Origin: Hypanus sabinus
Lineage: Eukaryota
Length of the DNA: 64,000 bases
Assembly (NCBI RefSeq): GCF_030144855.1
Contig: NC_082719.1
Location: 28,024,001-28,088,000, forward strand
Direction: 5' to 3'
Positions 49,360 to 63,400 of the stretch are shown one piece after another; the first letter of the stretch is position 1, and every line of letters begins with the position of its first letter. The translations under genes were made by a program, and so were the position numbers. The notes below the pieces were generated by a model, which did not search any database, was not told the DNA's origin, and saw only the letters and a list, made by a program, of their open reading frames with translations.

Positions 49360-51538
49360 GTGGGAAACCTTGGAAGAATTTATGTAATGGTATAAATAAT
49401 TATTTAAGCACTAGCTTGTCGTTGGACCTAAAATGATTATGAAAGCTCTTTCTCTAATGTGTTAAGTTCTGGCAGAAACATTTTTCCCAAATATATTTGC
49501 ATTGTTACAAAGATGGAATGAACTGTAGTAATAGTTTTAAGGATACTGTATATATTATGTAGATGCTAACGTATTTTTGGTTGATTATTTATCTTGCTCG
49601 TGTATTAATAAAAGCAATGGCCTTATGAGGCACAAAAGGGAACATTTACATACCTGGGAACACTCAGACAAGATTGAAAATTAACCTTGATATTCTAACT
49701 GTAGTCTGCATAATAAGGGAAAAATAATCATGGATTAGGCGTTAACTCATGTTTGTGCTTCTTGAGATAACTTGTAAAATTTAGGACACATTGACCTGGA
49801 TTTTGTGTGAGCTGTCTTACAGACATACAAATTTGGAGCAGCTGTATGACACTTAACCCCCAAACTTAAGATCATGACTATTCTGAAGTAATGTCTACTT
49901 CACCTTTATGTCGGCGTATGGTAACCTTTCATACTCTGTTTCTCTATCACACTTTTATATGTTGAAGTCTTATTTTTAAACAGTAACTCTTAGTTGAAGT
50001 TTCTCCAGCAAGAGAAAACATCCTCTTGACATCCACTCTGTAAATATCTTGCACAATTTTATTGCACTCGAATCCCCTTCACTCATCTATACTTCATCTT
50101 TAGAGGGCTAGCCTGTCTAACCTTACCTCTTAGACAATTCAACCATTCCAGGTAATTTTGTCTAGAAAACCTCTGAACTGTTTTCATCAAATTAACACTT
50201 TTTCTCAAATAAGGGGATCAATAACTTACATAGTACTCAAGAATTGGTCATACTTCTGTCTAACGTAACAAGCTTAACTTCCGTACTTGGGTATTCAATT
50301 CTCCTAGCAATAAAACAATGACATTCTGTTTAGCTTTGTCAGTAACTGTACTTAATTATCATTTGGAATCGTGCACTAGAACTCCCAGATCCCCCTCTTT
50401 CTCTCTGTCTCTCAACACTGGTAAGCTGTTAGGGTGACCTGATAGTAAACTTTTTCATTTTCCTATCAAAATGGACAATTTCACATTTTACCACATTTTG
50501 CTGGATCTTTGCTTATACACTTAACCTCTACTCCTTTGTACCCTCCTTAACACTTCTCACAACTTTTGTATTTTGAATTATTTGCATGTTTAGTAACTGT
50601 ACTGTACCTTCAGTATAGTTTTCTTAAAAAAAAGTTCAGCTCCCAGTCATCCCATGCTGTGCATAGGTGGATGGAACTTCATTGGCTTTGGGATTTTGGT
50701 TTCAGCAAGAATTAGTGAGCTTTCAGTGGCAATTAGACTTTGGCTGCATTTTTCTGAGGTCTTGCTTCCAGCCATCTTGACGGAAAACAAAACTGATATC
50801 AAAGAATTTGGCAGCTTTTAAATGTCTGATTTTTAGTGACATTTATAAATAAAATATATGTAAACAATTTAAACACAATGTTATTAAGTTGATAAATGCC
50901 ACCTAAAGTAAACAAAACCACTTCTGGGTCTTTAAAAATTTAAACAAATTAGAGTATTAAAAAAAAACACCCTTGGGAGGGATTGCGTCGACTAGGACTG
51001 CATTCCTTGGAATGTGGGAGATTAAAAGGTGACCTGATAGAGGCATAAGCTCATGAGAGACATAGAGAGGTGATGCTAAAAATAAGAGGTCATAGGTTTT
51101 AGATTAGAAGTGAGAGGTTTAAAAGGGACATCAGGGGCAGCTCCTTTGTGTAATGTGTGATATTTGGAAAGAGTTGCCAGAAATTGTGGGCAGATTAACA
51201 ACATTTAATAGACTTCTAGATAAGTAACACACAAAATAATGCTGAGAAACCTCAGCTGGTCAGACAGCACCTCTGGAAAGGAATAAAGAGTCAATGTTTT
51301 GGGCTGAGACTCATCATCAAAAATGAGTTTTGTAAAGTCTTTCTGGAGTATCCGCCTGTAGCCAGGAAGGCTTGTGGTGTTCACAGATTTTAATCACCAT
51401 TGCATGTTTCAGAAGTTCTTCATTAATTTAACAAAATAAATGCAAACTGCCACAGACTTATTAAGCATGTAATAGAGTCATTTGCTTCTAAACAGCTTAC
51501 AATTTTATTCATAAATGTGTTCATCTATAATGCCACAG

Positions 51539-51651
51539 GTGTAGAGCAATGCATTCAAAAGTTTTTGGATGTTGCCAGGCAAACAGAGTGCTTTTTCCTA
51601 CAGAAGAGGCTGCAGCTTGCTGTACAGAAACCAGAGCAAGTCATAAAGGAG
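51539..51651 (+). CDS. MED28: MED28 coding exon 3
   Basis: [37 protein letters not shown]|gtaaag, 113 nt. Confidence 0.98.
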
Positions 51652-52203
51652 GTAAAGAACTTATTTCCTGTCATTTTATAATTTATTATGTCTCTGAGGG
51701 GGAAAAAAATCAATTGAGTAATCAGCATTACGTGCTGAAATAAAGTTAACAGAGTTGGTGGATTTGAGTCTAAGATGATTTCAGGAGTCATGGATTTTAT
51801 TAGCCTGCGTAATTGTCAAGATATTGAATTGTGTATATTTAAAAATCTGCAGAATAATGGGACAGTTGTTTATACTTTTAATACCCAAAAGTACACACAG
51901 GGCCCTATAAATTATTGGTGGAGTACTTGGAAATATATACAGTTTGGACAACAGGATCCTAAATTTGGATTGTACCCTACAACTTCCATAATATTGAGAT
52001 GATACAATTGGCTTTAATGTTACTGAGCCTGTGACAGAGGAAGTGCAAAGTAGAGTTGGTAAGGGTGACAAGTACAACAGGCTTATGCTAACTTTATGTG
52101 GTCTTGTTACCCAAGTATATTACCTTGTTCCCATGTGTATTGTAAATAATGACACAAGTGACTTGGAAATCCTCACAGTGCTATAATGTTAAGAGTGGCC
52201 ATT

Positions 52204-53383
52204 GTAGTTTGATGTCTTTCAACCAACTTTCCAACAAATTTGAGTTACCTAAATCTAACTTTTTTAGATATCTACAAATTAGAAATTTTTTACATAAAAT
52301 TCTACCATCCTTCCCCAATTCAACTTCAATGGACTTTTTAGGTATGATTTTTACCTTAAATCCCTATCAGAAGGGATTAGTGGCTTTTATTTATAACATG
52401 ATTATGAAGATACAACCAGAAATATCAGGTAGAATTAAACAAGAATGGGAAAAAGAACTTCAATATAATATATCAATAGAAAAATGGGAAAAAATTTTAC
52501 AAATGGTTAATTCTTCTTCTATATGTGCTAAACATGCTTTAATACAATTTAAAATTGTACATAGAGCTCATATGTCTAAAGATAAACTTGCTCGATTCTA
52601 CTCTCATATTAACCCTCAATGTAACAGATGTCATTCAGATGTGGCTTCATTGACCCATATGTTTTGGTCATGTCCCACCTTATATAATTATTGGAAGGAC
52701 ATATTTGCTACCATTTCCTCAATTTGGAATATCGATTTACAACCTCATTTTATTACTGCAATTTTTGGTATACCAAATGAGGATGGTATTAGATTCAATT
52801 AGATGAATGATTGCTTTTGTAACATTAATGGCCAGAAGGTCTATATTGCAAAATTGGAAAGAAGTAAATCCTCCTACCACATTTCAGTGGCTCTCTCAAA
52901 CTATTTCTTATCTGAGCTTGGAAAAAATTAGAAGCACTATTTTTGACTCATCAGTTAAATTTGAAGAAACTTGGGGACCGTTCATTCGACATTTTCATAT
53001 GAATTAATCTGACCTCTCCCAGACCTTCTCTCTGTCTATTCTTGTTCTGGTATGGAGTTCTGGAGTTTTTGGCACTATCATATACAAATAAACTGTTACT
53101 ATTGCCCATGTTAGTTTAGTTTAGTATTTTTTTTTCTTAATATATATTTTTTGCTTGTATTTTTATAATTTTTTCTTTTTCTTTTGACGATTATTTTTTA
53201 TTTTTTTCATATAATTATTATAGACTTGATTGATAATGTACTATGTTTTTCTGTTGATATTTTAATAGGATATTGTTATCCTACTATTAATTCAATTTCA
53301 AGTCTTATGCATTTATAACCTATTCATTATTATATTATGTTTTTTTTATATATGAAATTCAATAAAAAGATTGGAAAAAGAAA
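52204..53383 (+). mobile_element. 5'-truncated L1-clade LINE in MED28 intron 3
   Basis: 13-bp TSD aagagtggccatt (52191-52203, 53384-53396) at a TT|AAGA site; FFRYLQIR, CNRCHSDVASLTHMFWSC zinc knuckle; AATAAA at 53361 and A-rich tail. Confidence 0.93.
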
Positions 53384-53782
53384 AAGAGTGGCCATTATGT
53401 GGAAAGGAGTGATTGATCTTGTGTTCTCTGATCTGAAGTCAACTGCCCTACTGACATCGGGGAAGATGAATTTTAGATCAGAGAAAGTGTACAAATGATC
53501 AGTCAGCACAAAGTAAATCTAACAAATTACATGAACAGCAAAGACTATCTGGACCTTGAAACAAACAGAGTATCTTCCAATTAAAAGGCTTTAACCATGT
53601 TGTCAGTTCAAATGCTTTGTACTACTCAACTGTTCCAATGCTTTACACTGCTCAGTTCTTAAAGTTTACCTTAATGTATGTTTTGTTTATAAGTTCCTTA
53701 ATTATTTTGTAATCTTTCAAGGCTTAAACATTAAAAATATTCCTTTTGGAAGTATTCTTAACAATATGTATGCATTTTGTAG

Positions 53783-53980
53783 GATGTTTCAGAATTGAAA
53801 AATGAGCTACAGAGGAAAGAAGCCTTGATCCAAAAACATCTGAGCAAGCTGAGACACTGGCAACAAGTCCTGGAAGAGATTAATGTACAACCGAAAAAAT
53901 CATCAGATCTTGCTCAAGGACCTTTAGCCTATCTTGAACAAGCATCTGCAAATATCCCAGCCCCACTAAAACAAACGTGA
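53783..53980 (+). CDS. MED28: MED28 coding exon 4 (last)
   Basis: [54 protein letters not shown]; joined CDS 546 nt. Confidence 0.98.
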   Translation, partial: DVSELKNELQRKEALIQKHLSKLRHWQQVLEEINVQPKKSSDLAQGPLAYLEQASANIPAPLKQT

Positions 53981-54239
53981 TACTTGTAAATATCAACAAG
54001 GCAGCTGGAAGTTTCATATAAACTGTTCTCCTAAGTCCCTCCCCTTCCCCACCCTGTAGCCCATTTCCTTTAGTATCAGTTCCAAGTAATCCTTTGAATG
54101 AAGGTAGTTATAGAGTGTAAATATACAGTGAGTAAATCACATTGAAATTGTCTTCATTTTGATTTGAAGGCATAAATATTAGCTATATGCAATATTTGTA
54201 TGAAAAAAGCTGTAATTATCTTGTGTATACAGTTGTTAC

Positions 54240-54245
54240 AATAAA
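54240..54245 (+). terminator. Candidate MED28 polyadenylation signal
   Basis: AATAAA 260 nt after the stop. Confidence 0.55.
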
Positions 54246-54454
54246 AATGTACAACAGATCTGTAGCAATTATATAAAATTGAGGAATTTTTTGCAGTTTT
54301 CAGAGCCAAGTTTGCATTGGAATTATTTACTAGATACATTCTATATAATGTTTTATAAAGCAAGTATTTAAAATATCTTTGTGAAAAGTATAGTACCTAT
54401 ACTTTGTTAACCGTGGAGTCTTTGAAGAGAAAAGCATTTGCCTAGTAGCATTAC

Positions 54455-54850
54455 AAACAAGAGAAAATCTGCAGATGCTGGAAATCAAAGTATACACACA
54501 AAATGCTGAAGGAACTCAACAGACCAGGCAGCATCTATGGAAAAGAGTATGTTCAACATTTCAGGCTGAGAACGTTCATCAGGAAAACCCATCACCCTCT
54601 GTTGCTCCTTCCCCTTCTGTTTATTGCTTGGCTCTCTGTCCTCTCCTATCAGATTCCCAGTTCTCCATATCTCTTTCACCAACTGACTTCCCAGCTCTTT
54701 ACTTCACCTATCAGCTACTACTTTGTACTATTTCCTCCCCTCCTCTGTCTTTTCCAGTCCTGAAGGGTCTCAGCCTAAAACATCAACTATTTACTCTTTT
54801 CCATAGATGCAGCCTGAGCTGAGTTCTTTCAGCGTTTCGTGTGTATTGCC
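54455..54850. mobile_element. Penelope 3' fragment with inverted terminal repeat; two hammerhead-like motifs on opposite strands
   Basis: Minus CTGATGA-ACGTTCTCAGCCT-GAAA-TGTT (54582-54554); plus CAGTC-CTGA-AGGGTCTCAGCCT-AAAA-CATC (54755-54784). Confidence 0.82.
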
Positions 54851-55774
54851 TTGTAGCATTGGTGGAATTATGGTGAATACTCATTGGAATCCTTGGTGTT
54901 CAGATGCTGAAGCTAACATCTGTCCTTGTCTTTGCCCATGCGCTGCAAATTGTAGAAGTCTGGGACTTACAGGTTCAAAGGCATTTGTGTGGCAGAATAT
55001 GAGTGGAGTTGATGGGATTAGGAATAGAATATGTTACAGGGAAAAATAGTAGGGAATCGGATTGTTCTGTGAGCTAACTTAGACTCAAGGGACCATGATA
55101 GCTTAGTATGTTGTAAGGAAACAATATATGGAGTGGAACTCAATAATAGCTTTCACAGCCATTCATGATAAAGAAATGTAAAAATTTGGAGTAAAGTAAT
55201 TCCTGTCATATCAGTTCTAAACAGCTTACTACTTTGAGACTGAGATCTAGGTTGCTCAGCTAGGGGAAATGTCATTTGGTACCTCCAGACTCTTAACTAA
55301 ATAACAGCTTTCAAAATTGTAGAACAAACAGGAATAGATTTAGTTGCCGGTTGTATTTACAAACACTTTGAGCTTGGTCTAAATTAAAACATTGTAATAG
55401 ATCTAAGATCTTTTCACTTTTGACAAAATGACTTCAATGATCAAAGATTACAGAACACAGCACAGAAATAGTGGGAACAGACAATTGTACTTTTGAGTAC
55501 TGCTCAGGTTTTTACTATATTAACTGAGCTGTTGATGTGCCATCTAACTACAGTGCAAATCAGCACCAATGAAAACCCTATTGCAAGTGTGAATAAGGCC
55601 AAAGAAGCTTTTCAGTGAATACACATATTTTTCTCTTAAGCAGGGATGTGATGATACTTTAGCCCATACAGTTAATTACTCAGTGAATGGAAACAAAGAA
55701 CAACTTTTGCAACCACAGAATGCACTTTGGAATGTGCATTGTTTTACATATAAAGATGCACCAAAGCAAATAGT

Positions 55775-55882
55775 TTCAACACACATAAAATGCTGGAGGA
55801 ATGCAGGACTCGTGAAGAAGGGTCTTGGTCTGAAACATTGACTGCTCCTCTCCGTAGATGACCGGAGTTCCACCAGCATTTT
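55775..55882. mobile_element. Short palindromic Penelope terminal-repeat derivative
   Basis: aaaatgctgg...ccagcatttt flanks around GTGAAGA-AGGGTCTTGGTCT-GAAAC-ATT-GACTG. Confidence 0.7.
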
Positions 55883-55975
55883 CAGAATGAGATTGAATTT
55901 CACTGGCATATGCCGTGAAATTTCTTGTTTTACGGCAGTAGCATATTGCAATGCATTAAAAATGAATTAGTGTAA

Positions 55976-56010
<35 letters not shown>

Positions 56011-56012
56011 CA
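55976..56012. repeat. Compound (TG)n(TA)n microsatellite
   Basis: Read directly from the sequence. Confidence 0.9.
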
Positions 56013-56014
56013 CC

Positions 56015-57415
56015 CTTACTTACCAGACAGTGATGCAGCCAGTTAGAATGCTCTCCACAATATATCCGTAGAAATTTGTGAGTGCCTTTGGTGATGTACC
56101 AAACCTTCTCAACCTCTTTGTGAAATATAGCCGATGTTATGCCTTCTTTGTAGCTACATTGATATGTTGGGCTCAGGATAGATCTTCAGAGATGTTGACA
56201 GCCAGAAACTTGAAATTGCTGTTCGCTTCACTTCTGATCCCTTTCCAAGGACTGGTGGGTCTGCCCTTGTACTACCCTTTCTGAAGTCCACAATAGATTC
56301 TTTGACCTTACTGATGTTGAGTGCAAAGTTGTTTGCTGTAACATCTCCCAACCAGCTGATCTGTCTTGCTTCTATACACTTCCTTATCACCATTTGAAAG
56401 TCTGCCAGCAATAGTGTATTGTCAGAGGACTTACAGATGCCATTTGAGCTGTGCCTAGCCAAACAGCCATGGGTGTAGAGAGAGTAGAGCAGAGGGCTAA
56501 GCACATTATCAGTGAAGTGCAGATGTTATTTTCGATCAGCACAGACTGATTTTCCAGTGAGGAAGTTGAAGAGGGAGATAGAGGCCCAGGTTTTGAAGCT
56601 TTTTGTTCAGACCTATAGGAATTGTATTAAGTGCTAAGCTATGGTCAATAAACAGCAGCTTGACATAGGTAGTTGTATTATCCAGGTGATCCAAGGCTGT
56701 TTGAAGAGCCAATGAAATTGCATCCGCTGTAGACCTATTGCAGGAATAGTCCGGGTCCTTGCTGAGGGACCAGTTGATTCTAGCTATTACCAAACTCTCA
56801 AAACACTTCACTGTAGCTGCGAGTCCTGCTGGATGATAGTTAAGGCATCTCACCCTGCTTTCCTTGGGCACTGGTATGATTGCTTCCCTTTTGAAGCAAA
56901 TGGGAACTTCCAAATAAGAACACTTGCCAGTTGCTTGGCACAGGTGTTTAGAGCCCTACCGGGTATCCCCTTGGGGCTTGTTGCTTTGCAATGGTTCTCC
57001 CTCTTGAAAGGTAATTTGACATTGGTCTCCGAGATAGAGATTGCAGGGTCACTGGCTGCTGCAGGGATCCATATAGATGCAGTTTTATTCTCCCTTTCAA
57101 AGTGTGCATAAAAGGCTTTGAGCTCCTCTGGGAGTGAAGCATCGCTTTGTAGAAAGTATTGGCCTGCAAACCCTGCCAGAGTTGACTTGCATCCAATTCC
57201 ACCTCTAACCTTGTTTGGAATTGTTCCTTTGCTCTTCAGATAGCCTTCCGTAAGTCATACCTGGCCTTCTTGTCACCCTCAGCAGACTACGAGCCTCCTG
57301 CTTTATGCAAGGCTTTTGATGTGGGCATGTACAGTATGTTCTCATAGGCACACATTCATCCACACAGGTTTTCATGAAGTTAGTGACAACTGTGGCGTAC
57401 TCATTCATACTCGAT
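56015..57415 (-). mobile_element. Rex1/Babar LINE, degenerate
   Basis: VPICFKREAIIPVPK, NRSTADAISLAL, LSPLLYSLYTH, VDECVP. Confidence 0.9.
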
Positions 57416-57518
57416 GGATCTTGTTCCCTTAGATTTTCAAAGGCCTTTGACAAGGTGCCACACGTGAGGCTGCTAAACAAGATAAGAGCCCATGGTATTA
57501 CAGAAAGATGCTAGCATA

Positions 57519-57810
57519 CGCAGCACAGTGGCGCAGAAGTTAGCATAATGCTGTTACAGTGCCAGTTGTCACCAATCAGGATCTAATTCTGCTGCTGCTT
57601 GTAAGGTGTCTGCCTGTTCTCCCTGTGACAGTGTGGGATTCCTCTGGAATCTGTAGTTTCCTGCCACATTCCAAAGGCACATGGTTAGGGTTAGTTGTGG
57701 ACATGCTATGTTTGCACCATGAGTGTGGTGACCATTTCTGATTTGACTTGATGCAAAATGATGCATTTCGCTGTATGTTTCAATCTACAGGTGGCAAATA
57801 AAGCTAATCT
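57519..57810 (+). mobile_element. V-SINE/HE1-like SINE
   Basis: tRNA-like head gcacagtggcgcagaagttagc; V-domain gggattcctctgg..gtttcctgccacattccaaag. Confidence 0.7.
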
Positions 57811-58198
57811 ATAAAACACCTATTTAAAATGTCTTATAAATGTAATTGTTCGAACCACTAGCACTTTGTCTGGTTATTTGTTTCACAGACCCACCACCCT
57901 CTATGAAAACTTGTCCCTCAGGTCCTATTTAAATTTTCCACCTCAAGTTAAATCTATATCATCTGAATTTAGACTCCCTTATCCTGGGAATTTTGTTCAT
58001 GATTTTATAAACTAAGATCACTCCTCTGCCTCTTTCACTTAAAGACAATGGTACCACCTTATTCAGCTGTCCTTATTACTTAAATCCTCCATTCCCAATG
58101 ATATCATTGTAAATCTTTTCTATACCTTGTCCAGCTTAATTATATCCTTCCTAATGCATGGCAACTATGACTACAAACAATATTCAAAATTCAAAGTA

Positions 58199-58667
58199 TG
58201 AGGGGTAATTGATAAATTTGTGGCCCAAGGTAGAAGGAGTCATTTTTAGAAAACTTAGCACATATATTTTTCAACATAGCCCCCTCCTACATTTACACAC
58301 AGTCCAGCGGTCGTGGAGCATACGGATCTTGAACCTCCAGAAAGTGTCCACAGCAGGGGTGATTGATAAGTTTGTGGCCTAAGGTAGAAGGAGATGGGTT
58401 ATACAGCTCTTGTTACATGCACATGCAGTTCAACTCTTTGAGTGATTATGCAGAAAGTTTGAAGTTAATAACTCATCTCCTACCTTAGGCCACGAACTTA
58501 TCAATCACCCCTGCTGTGGATACTTTCTGGAGGTCCAAGATCTGTATGCTCCACGACCGCTGGTTTAAGTGTGTAAATGTAGAAGGGGACTATGTTGAAA
58601 AATCAATGTGCTAAGTTTTCTAAAATTGACTCCTACCGTAGGCCACAAACTTATCAATCACCCCTCG
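58199..58667. mobile_element. Palindromic mariner-derived MITE with arms of about 200 bp
   Basis: TA flanks (58197-98, 58668-69); termini YGAGGGG...CCCCTCG; arms encode LHDRWFKCVNVEGDYVEK, a mariner transposase C-terminal motif. Confidence 0.92.
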
Positions 58668-59699
58668 TAAGTTTACGAGGTACATATATATGTTACCATA
58701 TACATCCCTGAGATTCATTTTCTTGTGGGCATACTCAATCTACAGAATAATAATCATAACAGAATCAATAAAAGACCGTACAGACTTGGTTGTTCAACCA
58801 GTGTGCACAAGTCAAAAAATTATGCAAATACAAAAAGAAAGAAATAACAAAAATAAAGAAATAAGCAATAAGCGTTCAGAACATGAAATGAAGAGTCCTT
58901 GAAAGTGAGATGTAATCTCACCAATGTCTTGTACAGCTGTAAATACAGAAGTTATTATTGAAGGGTTAATCATTTTGGAAATGAATGTTTCTAGGGCTGG
59001 TTGAAATATTCCAGAATTTTAAAATTTTACAAGGGGTCATCCAAAAGGAATAGTTGCAGTTGTAGCACTGATATTAAAGAACCTATAGGGAGTAGAGAGT
59101 AAATCACATAGAATCATTCTGGGTGGAACTAATGAACACGAAATTCAAAATAAATTTATTATCAAAGTACACATATATCGTATACAACCCTGAGATTCGT
59201 TTTCTTGTGGGCATACTCAGTAAATTCAGGAACTATAATAGAATCAAACACACCCAACGGGCAAACAGCTGATATGCAAAAGACAACAAACTGCAAATAG
59301 AAAAGAAGAAATAATAATAATGAATAAATAAGCACAAACTATCCAGACCATGGGATGAAGAGTCTTGAAAGTGAGTCTGTAGGTTGTGAGATCAGTTCAG
59401 TGTCAGGGCAAGTGAAATTGAGTGGAGGAACCATCACTAACTCCCACTCAGACAGGAGTTGATACGCTTCAACACCAGCCTCCCAAAACACTTCATCACT
59501 GTAGATTAAATACCACTGGGCAAACTGTGAATTCTGTCTCTGAAGATGACATGCGAGCAGCCTTTAGGAGGATGAAGGAGATTAATTAAGTTGAAATTGT
59601 GCCCAGAGAGAACTTGAGATACTGTTCCTCACATTATATTGAGCCTTGTTGGAATAGTGAAAGAGGACATGGACAGGACACAGTAAAAGTGGATTGGAG

Positions 59700-61695
59700 A
59701 CTGAGGTGGAGAGGGTCAACAACTTTAAATTCCTTGGAGGACCTGTTCTGGCCAAGCATTTAAGTGCAATTATGAAGAAAGCATGGCAACTCCTCTACAT
59801 CCTTAGGAGTTAGCAATGATTCAGTATGACATCTAAACTTTTGACAAACTTCTACTGATGTGCAGTGCAGAGTATGTTGATTGGGTGCATCACACCATGG
59901 AATGGAAACACCAATGTCCTTGAATGGAAAATCCTACAAAAAGTAGTGGGTATAGCCCAGTTCATCGTGGATAAAGCCCTCTCCAGCACTGTGCACAGGA
60001 AAGCAGTGTCTATGATCAGGGACCCCCACCACTTAGGTCATGCTCTGTACTTACTGCTGCCACCAGGAAGAAGTTACAGGAGTATCAGAACTCACACCAC
60101 GAAGTTCAGTAACAGTTATTATCTCTCAGCCATCGGGATCTTGAACCAAAGGGAATAACTTCACTCAACTTTACTTGCTCCATCATTGAAATGCTCCTAT
60201 CAACCTATGGACTCACTTTCATCTCATGCTCTTAATATTTATGTGCCAACCAACTAGCTGGTGTATTCACAGGTATCTTCAACCTCTTGCTCCTTTAGTG
60301 TGTGGTACCCACCTGCTTCAAGGAGGCTTCAATCGGTACCCAAGAAGAGCATGGTAACCTGTCTAAATGACGATCGCCCAGAGGCACTTACATCTACAGT
60401 GATGAAGTGTTTTGAGAGGCTGGTGTTGAAGTATATCAGCTCCAGTCTGACTGGTGACTTTGAATCCGCTCCAATTCGCCTACTGAAACAACAGGTCTAC
60501 AGGTGCTATCTCATTGGGTCCTCACACAACCCTAGAATGTCTGGAGAGCAAAGATGCATACATCAGGATGCTCTTTATCGAATCAGCTCAGCATTTAACA
60601 CCATCATCCCCTCTAAACTAATCAGCAAACTCCAAGACCTTGTGCAATTGGATCCTGGATTTCCACATCTGTAGACCCCAGTCAGTTCAGATTGGCAATA
60701 TCATCTTCACAATCTTCATCAGCACAGGAGCACCACAGGGTTGTGTACTTAGCACCCTGCTCTCCATGCTTTACACCTATGACTATGTTGCTAAATACAA
60801 CTCCATTACCATATACAAGCTTGCTGATGACACCACTGTCCTGGGCTGTATCAAAGGTGGTGATGAATGAGCATTCAGGAGGGAGCCTGAAAGTTTGGCT
60901 GAGTGGTGTAATAACAACAACCTGTCCCTCATTGTCAATAAGACCAAGGAACTGATTGCAGACTTCAGGAGAGGGAAACCAAAGGTCCAAGAGAAGTGGA
61001 GAGGGTGAATAAATTCCTGAGTGGACCTCTCCTGGACCCATCATATAAATACTATAGCAACGAAAGCACAACAACACCTTCTACTTCTGCAGAGATTCGG
61101 CAGACCCCCGAGAAAGTAGCCTTGGCAAAGTTCTGTAGATGTGTGGTGGAAAGTGTGTTGACTGGCTGCATAATGGCCTGGTATGGGAATACCAATGCCT
61201 TTGAGTGGAAAATCCAACAAAAGGTAGTGGATTCAACTCAGTACATCACAGGTAAAACCCTCCCAACTATTGAGCACATTTACATGAAATGTTGCTGTGG
61301 AAAAGCAGCATCCATCATCAAAGATCCTCATCATCCTCTTTTCTCACTGCTGCCATCAGGTAGAAGGTACAGGTGCCTCAGAACTCACATCACCAGGTTC
61401 AAGAACAGTTACGACTCCTCAACCATCAGGCCCTTGAACAAAAGGGAATAACCACAATCATTTAAGGATTCTTCTGTCTTGTTATTTGATATTCGTTATT
61501 TATTGCTATATATTTATTATCTCCATTTGCACTGTTTGTTTACAGTTAACAGTTCCTGATCTTTACAGTTTATAGATCCTGTTTATGGTTACTGCTCTAT
61601 AGATTTTTTAAGTATATCTGCAGAAAAAGAATCTCGGGGTTGTTTACGGTGACATATATGCACTTTGATAATAAACTTACTTTGAACTCTGAAGT
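59700..61695 (+). mobile_element. Two adjacent Rex1/Babar LINE fragments
   Basis: [70 protein letters not shown]. Confidence 0.9.
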
Positions 61696-62550
61696 TATCC
61701 CACTGGTTCAAGAGCCTGATGGTTGAAGGTTACTAACGGTTCCTGAACCTGGTGCTGTGGTCCTGAGGTTTCTATACCTTCTTCCTGATGGCAGCAGAGA
61801 GAAGCAAGCATTTCCTGGGTGGTGGGGATCCCTGTGACAGCCTCTGTGTAGATGTGTTCAATAGTGGGGAGGGTTTTACCCATCATTGACTGGGCCGTAT
61901 CCACTACTTTTTGTCAGATTTCCCATTCAAGGTGTTTTCATTCCAGGCTGTGATGCAACCAGTCAATATACTGCTTACTGCACGTCAAAAGAAGTTTGTC
62001 AAAGTTTTAGAATCATGCTGAATACTAGCAAACTTCTACAGAAGTAGAGTGCTGGTGTGCTTTCTTCATTATTGCACTTATGTGTTGGACCCAGGACAGG
62101 TCCTCGGAAATGATAACATCTCGGAATTTAAAGTTGCTGACCTTCTCAACCTCTGATCCCTTGATGAAGACTGGCTCATAGACCTCCAGTTTCCTCTTCC
62201 TGAAGTGAATTATCTTAGTCTTGCTGACATTGAGTAGGAGGCTGTTACTGTGGCACCACTCAGCCGGACTGTCAATATCTGTCTTCTGTGCTGATTTGTC
62301 ACCACTTTTGTTTTGGCCTATGACAGTGCTGTCATCAGTAAACATTAAATATGGCATTGGAGCTGTGCTTAATCACACAGTCATAAGTGTAAAGTGAGTA
62401 GAGCAGGGGACTAAGAACACAGCTTTGTGGTGCAACTGTGCTGAAGGAGATCGTGAAGGATATGTTGCCAATCCAAACTGACTGGGGTCTGCAAGTGAGA
62501 AAAAATACTGAAGGTCAAATTACACAAGGAGGTATTGAGGCCAGGTCTAG
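61695..62550 (-). mobile_element. Rex1/Babar LINE fragment, tail-to-tail with the preceding copy
   Basis: FTDDSTVIG, LNVSKTK, VEKVSNFKF, DLSWVQHI. Confidence 0.88.
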
Positions 62551-62899
62551 AATATTAGTGGTGAGAAGCCCAACCCCTCCACACTCACAAGGTAGAGATA
62601 ATCAGGCATAGTATAAATTTGAAAATTAGAGGTGCAAGTATCAGAAAAATCATGAAGCTCTTCATTTCGGAGATGTACAAGGAATTTGCCAGTGGTACAA
62701 GTCAAGATCTCAAATTAATGACCAGGCCATTTGCATCTCAAATGATGGGAAATTAATTCATTTTGGGGGTGGTGGATCATCAGGAATCCAAGAGGGCTGC
62801 TGAGGCTCAGTTAATTATTGCATTCAAAACAGAGAAGGCTAGGTTCCTATCTATTATATGAATTAAGGATACAGGGGTAGAGCAGAAAAAAGATTAGCA

Positions 62900-63400
62900 A
62901 GCAACACACACAAAATGTTGGTGGAATGCAGCAGGCCAGGCAGTGTCTGTAGGAAGAAGTACACTCGACGTTTCAGGCTGGTGGCAGTAGATGCTGATAA
63001 GATTGGTGATGGTGTGGGAGACGATGGCCTGGTGCTCCTTAGTGGGGTCACGATCGAGGGGTAAATAAGAGGAGGTATCAGCGAGTTGTCGCAGAGGTGA
63101 GTATACCAGACTACTACAGCGCCCCCCTTATCAGCGGGTTTTATGGTGAGGTTGGGATTGGTGCGGAGGGAGTGGAGAGCAGATTGTTCGGAATGAGTGA
63201 GGTTGGAATTGGAACAGGGTATAGTGAGGTCGAGACGGTTGATGTCCTGTCGGCAGTTAGCAATAAAAGATATCTAGTGCAGGCAGAAGACCAGAACGGG
63301 GTGTCCAGGAAGAGGAGGAGGATTGAAGACGGGAGAAGGGGTCATCGGTGGGGGTGGGAGAGTTCCTGCCGAAGATAAGGCTTGAAGACGGAGCCGGCGG
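62900..63400 (-). mobile_element. Penelope-like element fragment (pre-RT region fused to terminal repeat)
   Basis: Minus strand PNLTIKPADKGGAVVVW (63156-63106) and DPTKEHQAIVSHTIT; GAAACGTC-GAGTG hammerhead 3' half at 62974-62962. Confidence 0.88.

Noticed and set aside
52149-52802. 217-aa ORF as a nested gene in MED28
   Set aside because: L1 ORF2 C-terminus bounded by TSDs; the ATG comes from flanking intron
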